Below, piece by piece: positions 48,901 to 63,900 of a stretch of 64,000 nt of DNA. The notes beneath the pieces are model-generated. The model saw only the letters and a list, made by a program, of their open reading frames with translations. It was not told the origin of the DNA and ran no database searches. The stretch comes from Phoronis australis (taxonomy: Eukaryota > Animalia > Phoronida). The DNA is taken from positions 70,010 through 134,009 of the forward strand of contig NMRA01000398.1 of the NCBI GenBank assembly GCA_002633005.1, in the 5' to 3' direction. The stretch's first letter is position 1, and every line of letters starts with the position of its first letter. The position numbers were made by a program, and so were the translations under genes.

Positions 48901-51900
48901 GCATGAACGCAAAAACTGTGGAATCATTAGATAACCTGCATTCACTCGAGTTAAGGTTATACGGAAAAAGACTCGCACGCAAGGGCTCTTTGTCATACTC
49001 ACTTAAAAAACGCAGGCTTCCCCTGTGAATTTACGCATGCAGTATTACAGTAGCAGTACTGAGAATCGGCAACCATTCACTACTTACGTTTCCGCCTGGT
49101 AGGTGGAGTGGAAGTCGTCATATCCTACTTTGATGACGCCAGGGAGTGGAGGAGAATCGTCAGCCACCACACCGTCAGATGTCGCTGTCGTGCACATGTC
49201 GATCTCATTACATGCTTTAACGGTGACGTAATACTTCTCACCCGGGATGAGTTTCATGATGACTGTGTAGGCTAGAGTAAGTATTCCAAACAATATTAAT
49301 AACACATCAAGTATACCTTTATTAATAACCAGGGCCATGTTGTTTTAATATAGAAGGTTGCAGCTTTTTACCAAATTATTGTAACTCAAGCAAAGAAAAA
49401 AGCACATGCTTAAAACGGCTTAAGGACGGAATTCTAATAAAATTTTACCATCAAGAACGCAATTTTGGGGTTATTGTTAAATGAGACGAACATCTTAAAG
49501 TTATTATTAGCTTTGAACAGAACTGTAAATCAACAGAATTTGTTGCGTTTATTTGGTTTTATTAGGAGTTGCCGATTCACACCGCTGTCTGTCAGGCTTC
49601 TGCTGAAGTCGAGGTAGGAGTCTTTACCCCTAAAATTATCACCAGTNTAAACCCGTGTGTACATTTTCATCAAAATCTATCTAGTCGCTGTGACAATTAT
49701 GGACGGGCAAGGAAGACATGACCAAAAAGAATAATTGACAACAAGGGGTCTACAACACTTGACTCCTTTCGAAAAGCGAATGGTGTCAGCGCATTTCTAC
49801 CACATACCTATGTATCAACGTTCCCAAAATTCGTCTAGTAGTTTTTTCAAAAGTCAATGGACCAACAGACAGGATGATGGGAGGAAAGACGGAGGAGGTG
49901 TTGCAACCACGAAAATATTTGTAGCCACATCTGAGACTATGATCCTCAAAATTGGATACCAATATTACTTTACAGGTTCGGTACAGAACGTGCACAAATC
50001 ATTGCACTTATCCTTCGAATTCATCCATCCGTATTTCCAACTCCCCAGATGAAGTGAGACCCCATACGATCAAATTTTTTTTGAAAATCTTTCTTTTGGT
50101 CAGTGCATTCTAGCAGGCATTTGCTACTCAGATGATAAAATCAACGTGCATAGTGCAGTTTTACCATTTCATACTATGGACCCTAAGAGCCAACTGTTAT
50201 GAACAATTTTTTGTTATTCAACTGCACATTCTAACACACAGTCAATACTCGCATAATTTATCAGAGCCCAAGAAACAGGGATAAAGGTTAAAAATAAGAT
50301 TATCGGGTTCTTCCCTGGAATGTTGAAAATTGATGGCATGAACGCAAAAACTGTGGAATCATTAGATTACCTGCATTCACTCGAGTTAAGGTTATACGGA
50401 AAAAGACTCGCACGCAAGGGCTCTTTGTCATACTCACTTAAAAAACGCAGGCTTCCCTGTGAATTTACGCATGCAGTATTATAGTAGCAGTACTGAGAAT
50501 CGGCAACCATTCACTACTTACGTTTCCGCCTGGTAGGTGGAGTGGAAGTCGTCATATCCTACTTTGATGACGCCAGGGAGTGGAGGAGAATCGTCAGCCA
50601 CCACACCGTCAGATGTCGCTGTCGTGCACATGTCGATCTCATTACATGCTTTAACGGTGACGTAATACTTCTCACCCGGGATGAGTTTCATGATGACTGT
50701 GTAGGCTAGAGTAAGTATTCCAAACAATATTAATAACACATCAAGTATACCTTTATTAATAACCAGGGCCATGTTGTTTTAATATAGAAGGTTGCAGCTT
50801 TTTACCAAATTATTGTAACTCAAGCAAAGAAAAAAGCACATGCTTAAAACGGCTTAAGGACGGAATTCTAATAAAATTTTACCATCAAGAACGCAATTTT
50901 GGGGTTATTGTTAAATGAGACGAACATCTTAAAGTTATTATTAGCTTTGAACAGAACTGTAAATCAACAGAATTTGTTGCGTTTATTTGGTTTTATTAGG
51001 AGTTGCCGATTCACACCGCTGTCTGTCAGGCTTCTGCTGAAGTCGAGGTAGGAGTCTTTACCCCTAAAATTATCACCAGTTCACGCGTGTGATTTGGGTC
51101 AGCCGTAAAGCGTTCGGCTGCCACTGTGGAATTGGTGGGTTCGATTCCGCGCTACGATTAGTTTCTGTAAAATTGCTTTTACATTGAGAATGTTACTTTT
51201 AACAAAGAGAAGTAATCAGCTAACATTTTCAAATGTTTAAAAACAAACAAGAGCATGTGTAACCACCGTGTGCATGGATACAGCGCAGACGAAAGAGAGA
51301 ATCATCATTTAAACATTCCCACTAAACGGAGAAGGCTAGTAATTTTAATAATAGACTCTAGAGGATGAAAAACAAGTCCGAAATGCTCTCCTGTTACCAT
51401 TTTGCCACATTCTTCAAGTAGTTAGGAGAATGGGAAGGCAGAAGACAAAGAAGATGAAAACGGAAGAGCTACTAGCTTGCGCAACGTTGTCAAATCTATC
51501 CGAAACGGGTAGGTTAGAGTTGTCTACTTATCTGCAAATTTCATGAATATCGATCAAGGAACTTGTAGATATAAAGACAAACTCTAAGAAAAAAGTGTCA
51601 CTAGGTGACTTCGAAGTAGTCGGATTTGTCCCAAAACCGTGTCATTTGCATTCTCCTCAATAGGTACAAATGACAAATTTTATGAACTCCCATCAAGGAT
51701 TTTGTATTGAGACACAGGCAAAAATATATTGACACATGAGGGCTCCACAGAAATCGGACCCGTTTAAAAATCGCCGTCGGCAATTCACCTCCCATGCTTA
51801 TTTTCAAGACGATCCTTAGAGTGATTTGACTGATAAAGAGGCAGGCGTAAAAAACTAAAATTGCCACTAGGGGGCTCACCCGTAAATGGATTCGTCCGAA

Positions 51901-54900
51901 AATTCGCTCATGCTCCCTGATCTGTAATAAAAACTATCTGCAAAATTTCAAAAATCCCCATGTAGAGGTTTTGGCGATACAGCAGCGGATCCGGACGGAC
52001 GGACAGGCGGACGGACACGGTTAGCGGCATAATGCGCCCACATGTTTGTGAAAACAGTGTTGGCACAGGTAGTACGAAGTTAGATTGTTATGTTAAGGAG
52101 ATGAACACACCTTTTACTTGACCAACGTCTTCGAAAGTATGAGCATCCTGCTTCTCGCGTGCTGTTCCCACGGCGACGTAATACCTAACACGTGACTCGC
52201 CATCTTGAAAGCCAAACCAATTGGCTGATATTTCTGTGGTGTCTTGCTGATAATCCCAGTCACCCTGAAGAAACATTGTTGAGCTTTAAATGTATTATAT
52301 AGAACTTTTTTCTACTTTTAAACGTAATCGCGTAGTTGAGACAATGCCACCATCTCGATTGGCCCCAGTAGAGACATTCTAAAGTACGCTTTGATTAAGA
52401 GCAGAACGATGATCGTTTAAGAACTAAAGGTACGCGTAAATTAACCAAAAATACGCGTAGATTTCGCAATCGTTTAAGAACCGTTTGGCGCTTTATACTT
52501 ACGTGAGAAACGCACGTGAATTCGTTTGTTAAATCTGCCTAATTAAATATTCAAGATGTTGGAAAAACCTTTGACACCTGTATTGGAAGCGCGTTCTGCT
52601 TATCAGACTAACTGAAGAGCATTACGGTAAGCGCACATTTTGCTCCGAAAGAAGTAACACGCCGGTGAGACACCATGTATACAAAAAAACAAACACTTCG
52701 CGTTGTGATCATCTGTATTTCCCATTATGGTGCGGCCAATTGATGATGTAGTTTACTGTGTATTCAACCGTCATTTATATAATGTACGTTTGCATATATA
52801 CACCGACAACTCGAACATGAATCTGATCGTCAGAAGTATTGTCGTTTCTTTTGTATGAATTCTATGGGCAAACCTGAAAAAAATAATTAACGTTTACGTA
52901 ATAAATAAGCGGTTCACTGTTTCTTATCCAGTTCGTGCATGCTTCTCACACCAAAGGATTATGGTTATGATTTGTTTTTCTCGAGAGTTCTGTAAATGAC
53001 GTACTTGTTTTCTGTCGGGTCCGTCGTAGACGTAGCCTTTGGCTGGTCCTGTTTTATCACATGTGAAAACTGGAGAGTTGGCTACAGTAGACAATCCCAC
53101 CACATTCGTTGCCTGAAAGTAACAAAAGCTGAGCACGGGAACACTACAACGTTGAAAGACAATAAACATGTTATACACCTATTAACAGGCAATAACTACC
53201 ACTTGCTTACTGGAATTTTAAAAAAGGAGACAATGCTCTGTTACTGTTGTCAATCTTAAACAGTATCAAGTAAGTATCACGGTCTTTTTAGTCATCATTA
53301 TGCAAGTTATTCGGAGAGTGTGGGGAACTTCACAACTCACGTTACCACAAAACGAGAACGCGATTTAGATGGGGGCTGGGTGATTTTAATAGCCTAGGAG
53401 AGGCACTAAAAGTCTCAGTGCGTCAATAGACGACAGAGCAGGCCTTGGATGCAATCAACCTATTTCGGGCAGATACATAGTAACGATGAGGAGATCACGT
53501 AAAACTTCGAAACAAACTGATCACCCTTTACCCTCGTCAACAACCAAAATGTTGGAACATGCTTGACACTCATCACAACTCGGAATGCGTGACTTACACT
53601 TGCAGCACTGGCGTAGGCACCACTTTAGTGAGAGAAAAACACTCCCGTAGTCGACACTCATTTTAATTTTGTGTTTGGCCAATCCTGTTCATTGCAAAAA
53701 GTCCACCAGGATTGGCACTCATTTATTTCACTCTCACACACCGGTCGTTAAAAAATTGCATTTAGCCCGCCTCTAGCTATGTTATGATCAATGTCATTGA
53801 GACGGTTATTCAACCACTGAGGGATAGTCTGACCACGTGGAACCATAAATTCTGCTTCGAGACAGCGAATAGACGTTAGCCTAACATTTTATCGCTCAGA
53901 GGAATTGCTGTTTAGGGTGAAATGACCAAGATCGGGACTGAAATCCAATTAAAGACGTATTATTCGTAATAAAACGTACTTAGTGAATTTTGCCTCAATG
54001 GCAAAGAAATACAGTTGACACCAGAGTAGGTTTTAAAGTCATTTTCTATGAAAGAAAGTCGTGTACGTACAAGGATTTGTGCGTAGTAGTTATGGCCTTC
54101 TATAAGAGGGAGCCCATGGAGGATGACAAAGTTGTGAGAAACTTCGGTGAAAGGCACAATATCCTGACTGTGCGCGTGCGTTCCTATAGCAACCCTGTAG
54201 GTGATCAAAGCACTGTGAAGGTCGTCGAAATGTCCCCAATGGATCTCTACTCGATTGCAATGAACCACCGTTCTGTGTCGAAGTAAGCTGCCCACTCGAA
54301 CAAAGTCCGCTTTTGGGGGCGATGTGTCCACAAAGACTCCTGTTGAAACTGCGTCGACTGATAATCCCACGTGATCAAATGCTGTAAAATCGGTAAATTG
54401 TGCCTTTAACTTGTCATGATGAGGTACAAGTAAACTAAGGAATAATATGAGCAATGTTGAATTTAATACCTAAATGTCAAGGTTATGGACGGTGTACCTC
54501 TGACTGTAACAAAGTACGTCTTCCCTGATTCCAGATTCAGACCAGTTGCAGTGGTGCCCAGAGATTGACCCACATCAACAAACGCACGAACGTCCACGCC
54601 GCCTGGTGTTGTTCCTTAAAACATCATAGGCCATTTACAACGAGTTCATCTAGTTCATCATACTTTACAACAACACCTACAGCAAAACAACCATTGTGAA
54701 TCTCACCCAACATTTCAGAACAAGAGCAATGTTGAGTGCTGATATACTCCCGCCGTACACATCTCAATTGGCAGATACAATACATTAAGCGGTGTTCATT
54801 TTTTCAAACAAGCCCACGCACTAGAGTGAGCGACACTGGTCAATTTAAAATTAGAGAACAGTAATGGTTATCCAGAAATTGGTAAACACAATCCTCAAAG

Positions 54901-57900
54901 ACATTTACAGTGCCTCAAAAAGTGCCATCAGAACAGTGAGATGCGTCTGAAAGTCAAAGCAAGTCGCACCTTTGTTAGACGGAACACACATTTCATGATG
55001 ATCCTACGAAGAATTTGGTACACATTGAGGCAGGCACGAAATTACAAGACGTGTTGGAATTGCGACACAGAAAACTCAAACAACAACCTAGGGACACAGC
55101 AGTTGTTGGAGCCATCAAATAATCGACGTCACTCATGCTCACTTTGACAAAATTCTATTTTTCACGAGGATTCTTTAATGGGGTATCAAACTCATGCTTT
55201 CTGTCCAAAAACAATTTTGATTTAGGAAACTCACCATAATAGAATTCGTCTCTAATTGTTCCTTAATAAAATTGAAGGTGGTTCCATGGCTTCAAGGCAA
55301 CTAACAGTTCATGATATCTTCACACCAAGATCATCAAATTACAAGTTACCGCGTGACTTGAAATCTTACGAGAAACATTGAACTTCAGCTCTTCCCGTGA
55401 TTCAATTCTAAACTGCATAAAGAACAAGATAAAAAAGACCAATTTTATAACGACATGATTCCTTAATCAAAATATTTTTTGGCAGAAAGCGCGCCTTTAT
55501 TGTCGGTTTAAGCGTTTTAGCACATAGAAGCGCCTACCAAAAGGGAATGCAAGTAAATTTGTCAGCAAGAAACTTAACGCAGGCAAGAATTGTTCGAAAT
55601 TGGGCAAGTGCTGTTCGATCCTAAATACAAAGTCAAGTATTAGCAGTCAAACTCCGTGAAAATTGTTGAACATGGCAGACATTAAGGCAAAACCAACGAA
55701 TTAAAATTGCGTAGACGTAGTAGAAACTACCCAAAAAATCAACTTATACCAGGTTTCCGTCAAAGTAAACCCGAGCGTCAAATTCCGTAGGGGGATAGGC
55801 GGACATCGGATGCCCAAACAAAGATAGTGGCAATATGCACCCACGTGAGCGCATACAAATAAACTTGCGTTTTAATTTCGGTGTGATATGAACAAAAGCA
55901 CACGTCTATCTCTGTGTACATGAAAAGCAAAAAATGACCGCACTTACCTATTCCATATTTATATTGTTTAATTCCCGAAGAATGAAACATTACACCTGCC
56001 ACAGATTCCTCGATGTCGACGAATCCCCACCATCTGATGACCAGTTCATGATTGTTCTGTGTGTATCCTTGTTTCAAAGTGTTAACAGCGACAAATCCAC
56101 GGCTTGGCGGATTCGTATCCACTATGAAACCATTACTGCACATGCGAAGTTCTGGGAGAAGCTCCTTTGACTTCTCTCGAGTCACTTCCGTTTGGTCACT
56201 GTGGACGCAGGTGAAGTACTTTTGCCCGTGTTGTAACTTCAGACCAGTGAACGTGACGAAATTGTCTGCCGTCTGGATTTGGTCTCCAATGCATTCTTTC
56301 ATGCCGTGGGCGCAGCCGAAAGGCATCGGCATGGTTGCATTAGTTCCATTTACTTTATGACCAGTGAGATTATATGAATACTGAATGTAGTGGTGGACAG
56401 CCCCTGGTGTGTCTGTTATATACCAAATGTACCATGGATATTGAAGACCAGTGACAGCGGCGGAAACAGTCGCTGGATCTTTAATGTAGTCTTTGTCCAT
56501 TTTGTGAAGAACACGAGCCTTCTCTCCGAGTTTCACACTGTTTATCAGATCGCGCACGCCCTCAGTCGTGCTTAGATCAAAAACATAATGGCCCTCGTCA
56601 ATTCCGCTGTCCGAGATATCGAAGGTCAGAGGCATTGAAGCGATAGAAAAAGCTCTTAGAGGATTATATCCTTTCACAGAGAAGTAGATCGCTTTCAGTG
56701 GTCTGTGCTTCAGATTCATTTCGTGAGTTACCTGTGGAATAAAAGTGACAAAACCTCAGAATATGGGGTATTACGACCAATGGATAGAGTCCAGCGGAGA
56801 AATGGAAGCGTTTCAACATCTAACCCGGCATTGGGGACTATGCCTGTTTCATAAATCTCTACATCTCGTCTGGTCCCTTTGTCCCTGCTGTTGAATACGT
56901 TCCGGTATGCCAGTGTGCGTGGTCTTGGTATTGATTAATTTAGGACACGCCGTTTGTTTCTGAGAAAAAGTAATTATCAGGGGCAGATCCAGGATTTTGA
57001 GTTAGGGGGGGGCAGGGCAGAGTAAATGCCAGGATTTCGCCGTCAGTTCGCACCCCCAAAGTCCAAATGAAATATGGGAGAAATTTAGGGGGGCCATGGC
57101 CCCTTGGCCCCTCCTTAAATCCGCCACTGGTTATGGTTATCCTGTTAACGCAAATTCTGAAATTCTTGCGAAATATATAGGCTTAGGACATTTTACAGAT
57201 TCTTGTTCAATGCTACAAATCTATTCCTGCTAAAGTGTATTGTATAGTATGTTCACGTTTCGTACGTAAAAAGACACTATGGCAAGAAAACTAGAACAAC
57301 TTATCGCATATGGCAAGAAAACTAGAACAACTTATCGCAGCACATCTTATAACTATGCATTTACTTCGTGTAAAGTAATTGTTTTCTGTACCTTAATCGT
57401 GTTCGTGGTAAACGTCGTCGATATGTTCGTCCACGGAGTGATTGGAGCACTACCGTCTGGCTCTGACGTCACTGCCCACTGATGTTCGATCGCTTTGCTC
57501 TGCAATGTTCCCTCGGTTACTGAAAATGGAGTCCACTCAGCTTCTATGATGATTGTCATGCTGTCTCCCACTTTGGTTGCGTTGGCAACAACAGCTTGGA
57601 CACTGGATGCTTGTACGTTTCTGTTGTAAATCATTACGCCTGTTGAAGTGACTTCCGGCAGACATATTGAGTGGAAGCACATGGCAACCCTTAAATGATA
57701 CTGTTTTCCATTTTCTAGGTTTAAATTCCCTACGATGTAGCTGTTTACTTTACCAACATTTTTGTTAGAAGATATCAAGCCAACTTCACTACACGAGATA
57801 TTATCAGTTAGCTGAGTGCAGTTATCTTCAACAATTGATAGCATGTAGTGAGTAAAATGTTTATCGAGGTCACCGGAGTGGCGCCACCACCCAGCCAAAT

Positions 57901-60900
57901 GTTGGCGTGAAGTCTGATACGTGATGTCGTTGGAACAAGATGACGTCACCGCGCAACCAGGACCGTCAAATACGTGGAGTTGTGATTGATGAGATGACGG
58001 ATCAATGACTTTTACACCGTCAGATGACACTGTCACGTTCCCAATAGACCCTTTAGCTACTACTGTAACAAAATACATTGTCTTGTCGGAAAGGGACAAC
58101 CCAGTGAAACAGTGGGAGGTTGCATTGCCCACACTTGTAAACGGCTGGACGTTTGAATGAGCCTTTATCGAGCCTATAGCGACATTGTACGTCAATACAT
58201 CTCTGTAATGCTCGAAACCTGACCATTTCGTGCATAATTTGGATGTGCTGAATTGAGAATCAATGTCCGATTCGTGTTCCACATTAATGTTGCCTTCGAT
58301 TTCGTATACTACTCCGGCTCTAGGCGGGGTAGTTGTTGGCAGGCGAAATCCAGTTGACTGAAAAACGGCTGAAAGCCGAGCTGTGTTAGATACTTCGATG
58401 GAGAAGAAGTACTCTTTGTCGGCCTCGTGGTCGTGATTGACAAGAGATTGAAGAAGGAAGCTGGCTTGGTATGAACCGCCGTTGTCTGTGATGTTAGTGA
58501 ACTGCACCACCTCTTGTAGATTGGTTGAAGTACCTGAAAATTGAATTAATACATGTGTTATCCAAAAGTAAAACAAAATCATGTTATCCATCAATTCCGT
58601 CTATTCACAGATTCAGCAACGACAGAAGCTGAATAGCTCTTTGCACAGATGTGTAACATTTTACCCTGTTCAATTTTTTTAATAATGATGTCAACACGTT
58701 CAGGGGGCAAACAGAATGTGCAAATGTTACATTTGGCAACTAATCTTGAATCACTCAAGAGCCTCCTGGTGGTGCTCTGTAATCAAAAGATGCTTACTGA
58801 ACTGAAAGGTGTATTAATGCATTGGAACTTGATTTCAGGATTGTATAGTTGTATTCTAGCACAACTTGGAACAATTTTCATGTCATGACTGGTGCCCTTT
58901 TCATAAAAAACTGACTTATAACTTAAGACCAAACATTTAAGATCGCAATTAGACTAATTTCAAACCGAAGACGAAAATTCACAACGAGTCATTTCATGAA
59001 CCGAAATGGGATTGTGGCGTTTGTTTTTAACTAAGACAGAAACAAGTGGCGGATTTAGAAGGGGGCCAAGGGGGCTATGTCCCCCCTAAAATTCTCTCGC
59101 ATTCTATTTGGCAGTTCGGGAGTGAGAATGTCTGAATTGAAAAATCTGCCTTGGCCCCCTAAACTCAAAATCCTGGATTCGCCCCTGGAAATTAGGTCGT
59201 CTTTGACATAGGTTAGCATACAAACTACAAGTACACTTTCGTCACCTGTTGCAAATCCATAAAACTGAGGCAGGCGGTGTGTGAAACGCGGTTTCAAGAA
59301 TAAGCTTGGCATTGAAATTCTAAATGGGGATCTTTTTACATTTTGGATACAGTTGGGATCTGGAATATTTGGGAAAACCCTAGCTGGCATGGCTGGAAAA
59401 TGTCAATTAAAATGTGCAGGTAATTCGCACAGCACTGCCTCCCCGAATCAAGGCAGCTTTGCCGGTTCTGGAATAGAAAGCAGGCAAACTTCGTTTTACA
59501 TTTTTAGGGACATTAGTCTAGCATCAACTAAATTTGTTCTTCAACATTCCACAGTGATGGTAGTTGTAACTTTTGGTCATCTAGGCCGAAATTTCAATCT
59601 TAAGCCTACCCCGTGGCTTGCTAAATTTCGGTCTTAGTTTAAACCGAATTCGATCTTAAGAAATTTCATAAAACGGGGTTAAGACATTTTGTTTTCAAGT
59701 TAGTTATATTTATGTCTCAGTTAAGGAGAAAAATGTCTAAAAATAGTCCTGCAGACTTTGGATTATGCATATGTAGCAATGTCCAATCTCAGACTGGCCT
59801 ACTCTTGAAACTTAACTATCACTTCCTATTATTGTTGTATAAATTGCAATGAGAAATTATTATAGAGAATACCACTTAAACTGAGTTGAACTGACCAGAC
59901 AGTGGTGTGTGGTGGGAGCACAGTTCCATACAAAAACTACACAGGACCACGGTAACTTTTATCCTCAAGCAATCATCAAGTTTGAAGGTCCGGAAAATGT
60001 CCAGCTTATAAGGATGAAAAACTCATTCTCCTTCTGTCAATATTCTTGTTAGTTCACTGTCATTGATTTGCCCACGCACTGGATTTAGTCTGATGAAGTC
60101 AAAATTTTAGAGCAAAAGCATTGGGAATTTCTACAGCTCTGATAACTAAGGCTAAATAATTGATAGGTACAATGGACAAAACCTGTCATTGTTCGCACAA
60201 GGCACGACTGACACTAATGGTCGAGAAATTGTTACTCACTCTAGGAGACGACTGGACTGAGTCACGCTTTAACTGCAGGCAAGTACGTAGTAAGCCCACT
60301 AATTAACTAGAAAGTGGCGACTTGTCGAGGAATTCCATACAAAAATACAGGAGTTGTGAATCTTTCATAACGTGCAGGCGGTCTGGTATTCATTTTACCT
60401 GACGTGTTCAGGCCGCGCATGTGAGCCATTTGTACTGATCACCTCGAACGATTTTTAATGTGGATCAGTTGTGCTAATCATCTTGAACCATTTTTGTGTT
60501 TTATTATTACATAGTTCAAACCAATCTGATAAGCTAGACACAAAGGTCTAGCAGTGTGGAACAGTAGAACTCAACCCCAACGGCGACCACGACTAAAGAA
60601 AGGTGGCAGCTATCGCACTTGACCACAATGCCTCATTTCAGGCGTGTGATTCATACTGATCCCGGGTCCTATCGAAGGTAAATGTTATATACCTCATACT
60701 ATAGACAGACGCAGTTGCCTAGCCTATTGAAAACGTCAAAAGACAAATGGACTCACCTAAAGCCCACTCAAATGTCGTCAATGGATTTTCATCCTCACTA
60801 TCAGTGAAATCACTCGCAGACCAAGATAATGTGACTTCGGTGTGTCCTACAGATGGCGTAAACGTCTGGCTCGTTGTCGGTGGAGTTTGATCTATGATGA

Positions 60901-63900
60901 ATTTTCCAATAGCTTCAATAGATTCTAAGCCAACTTTGTTGATAGCCTTCACCATAACAAACACTTGGGATGCTTGCCCGAATCCAGTGTGAAGTTTCTT
61001 AAAGTGTGTTTTCATTTGAGTGGACTGATACCCAACAATGTCCGGTACTGCTTTCTTGTTGGCAGCAGATGCGAATCCTACTTCATAATCGCGAATTTGA
61101 CTCTCAGATTCATTAAATTTCCACGATAGTTCTAAAGTGTCTTTGTGGTGATAAATTGGTGTTTGTCCATTAGTTTTTATACCCAGAGGAACCTTGTAAC
61201 TGACAAATACTGGGGGTGTCGTGTCAACGATAACACCATCACTGCAAGATGGTACCGATGGCGTAATGGCGTTGTTAATGGCAATTACACTGACGAAATA
61301 ACGCGTTAGATTGGTTGTGAGTGCTCCTGTTGTGTTGGCAGTTGTCTTTGTTCCGTTGGCATAGAGTTCGTCGGTTGTCCAACATCGTTCAGCCACTGCG
61401 TACCTGCATCGATAAATAATTAAATCATATAACTAATGCTATGCATAACTAAGCAAAAGTCGTTGCTTGTAGTCTGTTTTTAATTTCAGTGTTTTTGTTT
61501 CGTTTTTCAGTTATTGGTTTAATTTGGTGTATGTTTAGAGTATCTTCAATAATATTTTTATGAGAACTACCCCAGTATTGATGTCCTTAAAGAGTTCCCA
61601 CCATGACCCTGTGTCTCAAAAAGGAATTTTATTATTACATCTTAACAGATTTAATAGCCTTTAGTACACCTGTTGCTACGAAACAATCTAAAAATTTTAA
61701 AAATATATTTTTCTGTTACCGAGTTTGTACGCAATGGGTGGAAGACCGCCTCAGCCGTTGTTGTTTTACCAGTGCGATACTGAGGAGTCGTGAAGAAAGT
61801 CCGCGTGCCGGAGCCGTCTTTTTCAGACATGAAAAGGTGCGTTTGTGGAAACTGTGGTAACAACAACTTGACTATGAACGTCTTTGTGTTCAAATTTCCT
61901 AAATACGTGAAAGTTGCACAAAAATGGCACCGGTTTGTCATGGGCGGTGGACCATAGGGGCCTGGGGTAGGGTTATAGCCCCCCACTTTTTCAGGGCTAA
62001 GCCGCCCATGGTCTATAGGCAGTGCAACACAGGAGGGCTGGGGGGGGAGAGTTTAGACCCCACTTTTTTCAGTGCTGCGCCACCCATGATTGTGCGCCGA
62101 ACAAGAGTGTGGAGTGTCAGTGTGGAACATGAGATTCAGTTTGGCGTAAGCCACACTTTGATCGGCACATTTCAAAGAATCGTGTTTCGACCACACACAT
62201 AAGCGGCGTTACAATGAAGGACTCACCACGAAGTAAGCGCATTTGCAAATTTTGTAAATAACGAACAAACTGCTTCCATTCTAGGGCGAGTGATGCCAGG
62301 CCCTGGACCCCGGCTGAGATCGAGTGCTACTACAACTGAGTAGGCTTATGCATATTGTGTTTAGACTGTGCTCATTCCATCACGGCAATAGTGAATACGA
62401 GTAACCCAGGTTGGCTGTGGCCTTTGTCAGTAATTATTAAGTGTCTATTTTGTGAGTAGTGACCACCACTTGGTAGAGTTGGTTGTGGCTCACATATGTC
62501 ATTTTTCGTGCAAGTGGGTCGAGTTCATACGGCCTGAAACCCGACGAAAGTTCGCTAAATGGGAAATCGAATTCATTGTCTGATTCTTCAAGTACTTGAG
62601 TATAAGTGCCTGTATCCACTCTCCTCTTTGTCTGCATAATAATTGTCCAATTCTCGCCTAATATTGTCATTGTCTTCTGACCTGCAGTGTTCCGACATTG
62701 CAAATGATTGTCAAGCGGCCGTCTTCCACCCATTGCATCATTTGGCGGGAAACTTAGAAATAAGTAATTTTTCTTCAAAATTAAAAAAATTGCCACTATT
62801 TGGCATAAAAAGTGCCTATTTAGCAACATTTTATGGTATTCGATTCATATTAGCTAACTGAAACCTGAAAAAGTAAGAAAATGCATGGTGGGAACTCTTT
62901 AAGTAAACATTATAACTTCACTATTCCAAAAATAGGATTGGTGTACTAAGGAAGCACTGACTTGTAATATCGTATTCCACTTTCGTAGTCTGCAAATCCG
63001 AGCCAAGATCCGACCACAGAGTTATCACTTTTGTAATCGATATCTGTCTGTCCATGACTTCCGTCCCACACTGTGCCGTTCATTGGTGGTGAGTTGTCCG
63101 CGTGAACCTTTAACTCAAACTTCTTGACTAATCTCGCCTGGTTTTCGACCTCAATCTCAAAAAAGTAGTCCCGGTTGTGCATGCCAATGTGGGTATTAGC
63201 TGCGACTATTGGATTCAAGTCGAGGGCGTAAGTTGACATCTCACAAGCCCCAATGGAAGGGCAGTAACACGGAGCTCCTCCTACAGGACAAGGTTCCTGG
63301 AAAGCAAGCACGAAAAGATATATTATTCCAATTTTAGTTGAGAAGAAAGTTTTGCATAATACAAATGGCGTTTGGGTTGTGGTAGTATTGCATTAAACAA
63401 TTTTGTTTGTTGTACCAGGTGTGTACAGTGAGAAAATTTACATTTCTATTTGTCCATCCGTTCACCTGCTTGTTCCTGGAGTAGATACTTTGACAGAGTT
63501 TTGTATAATATTCCAATGTTGTTCTATTTCAGCCATTCCTTTTTAATTCATGATGATCAACGTTTCCAGTTATCAAGTAATATTTAAGCTTACGTCCACA
63601 TACTTTCGTTCAATAACATAGTCGTCCAGCTGGAATTCCGTTTCTTTAATCTATTCCCTTATCTTGTATTTCGAATTTCTCAAGATTGAATTTCAGGTGT
63701 TGTCTAATGACTTTAAAATTAAGATAAGTTTCCAACTAGAACATCTACGACGGTTCCAATCTACAAAATCCAGATATGGTAACATTAAGCTCACACTTGA
63801 GATTCAGAAATGCACTCACGCCTGTTCGTTTATGTACAACAGGTATAGACCCTTCCCCGTGTTCCTTTGATCCACCAGTCGATAGCCCTAAACGATAAGT

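Larger units (their letters stand above)
48346..51079. repeat. Near-identical tandem duplication (48348-49646 / 49648-51079) split by a single N
   Basis: Identical 84-aa ORFs 49084..49338 and 50518..50772. Confidence 0.9.

Noticed and set aside
49272-49338. Signal-peptide-like ORF start MALVINKGILDVLLILFGILTL (also 50706-50772)
   Set aside because: Translates the intronic polypyrimidine tract upstream of a valid acceptor
51105-51155. tRNA-like B-box GGTTCGATTCC
   Set aside because: No complete cloverleaf; at most a decayed SINE head
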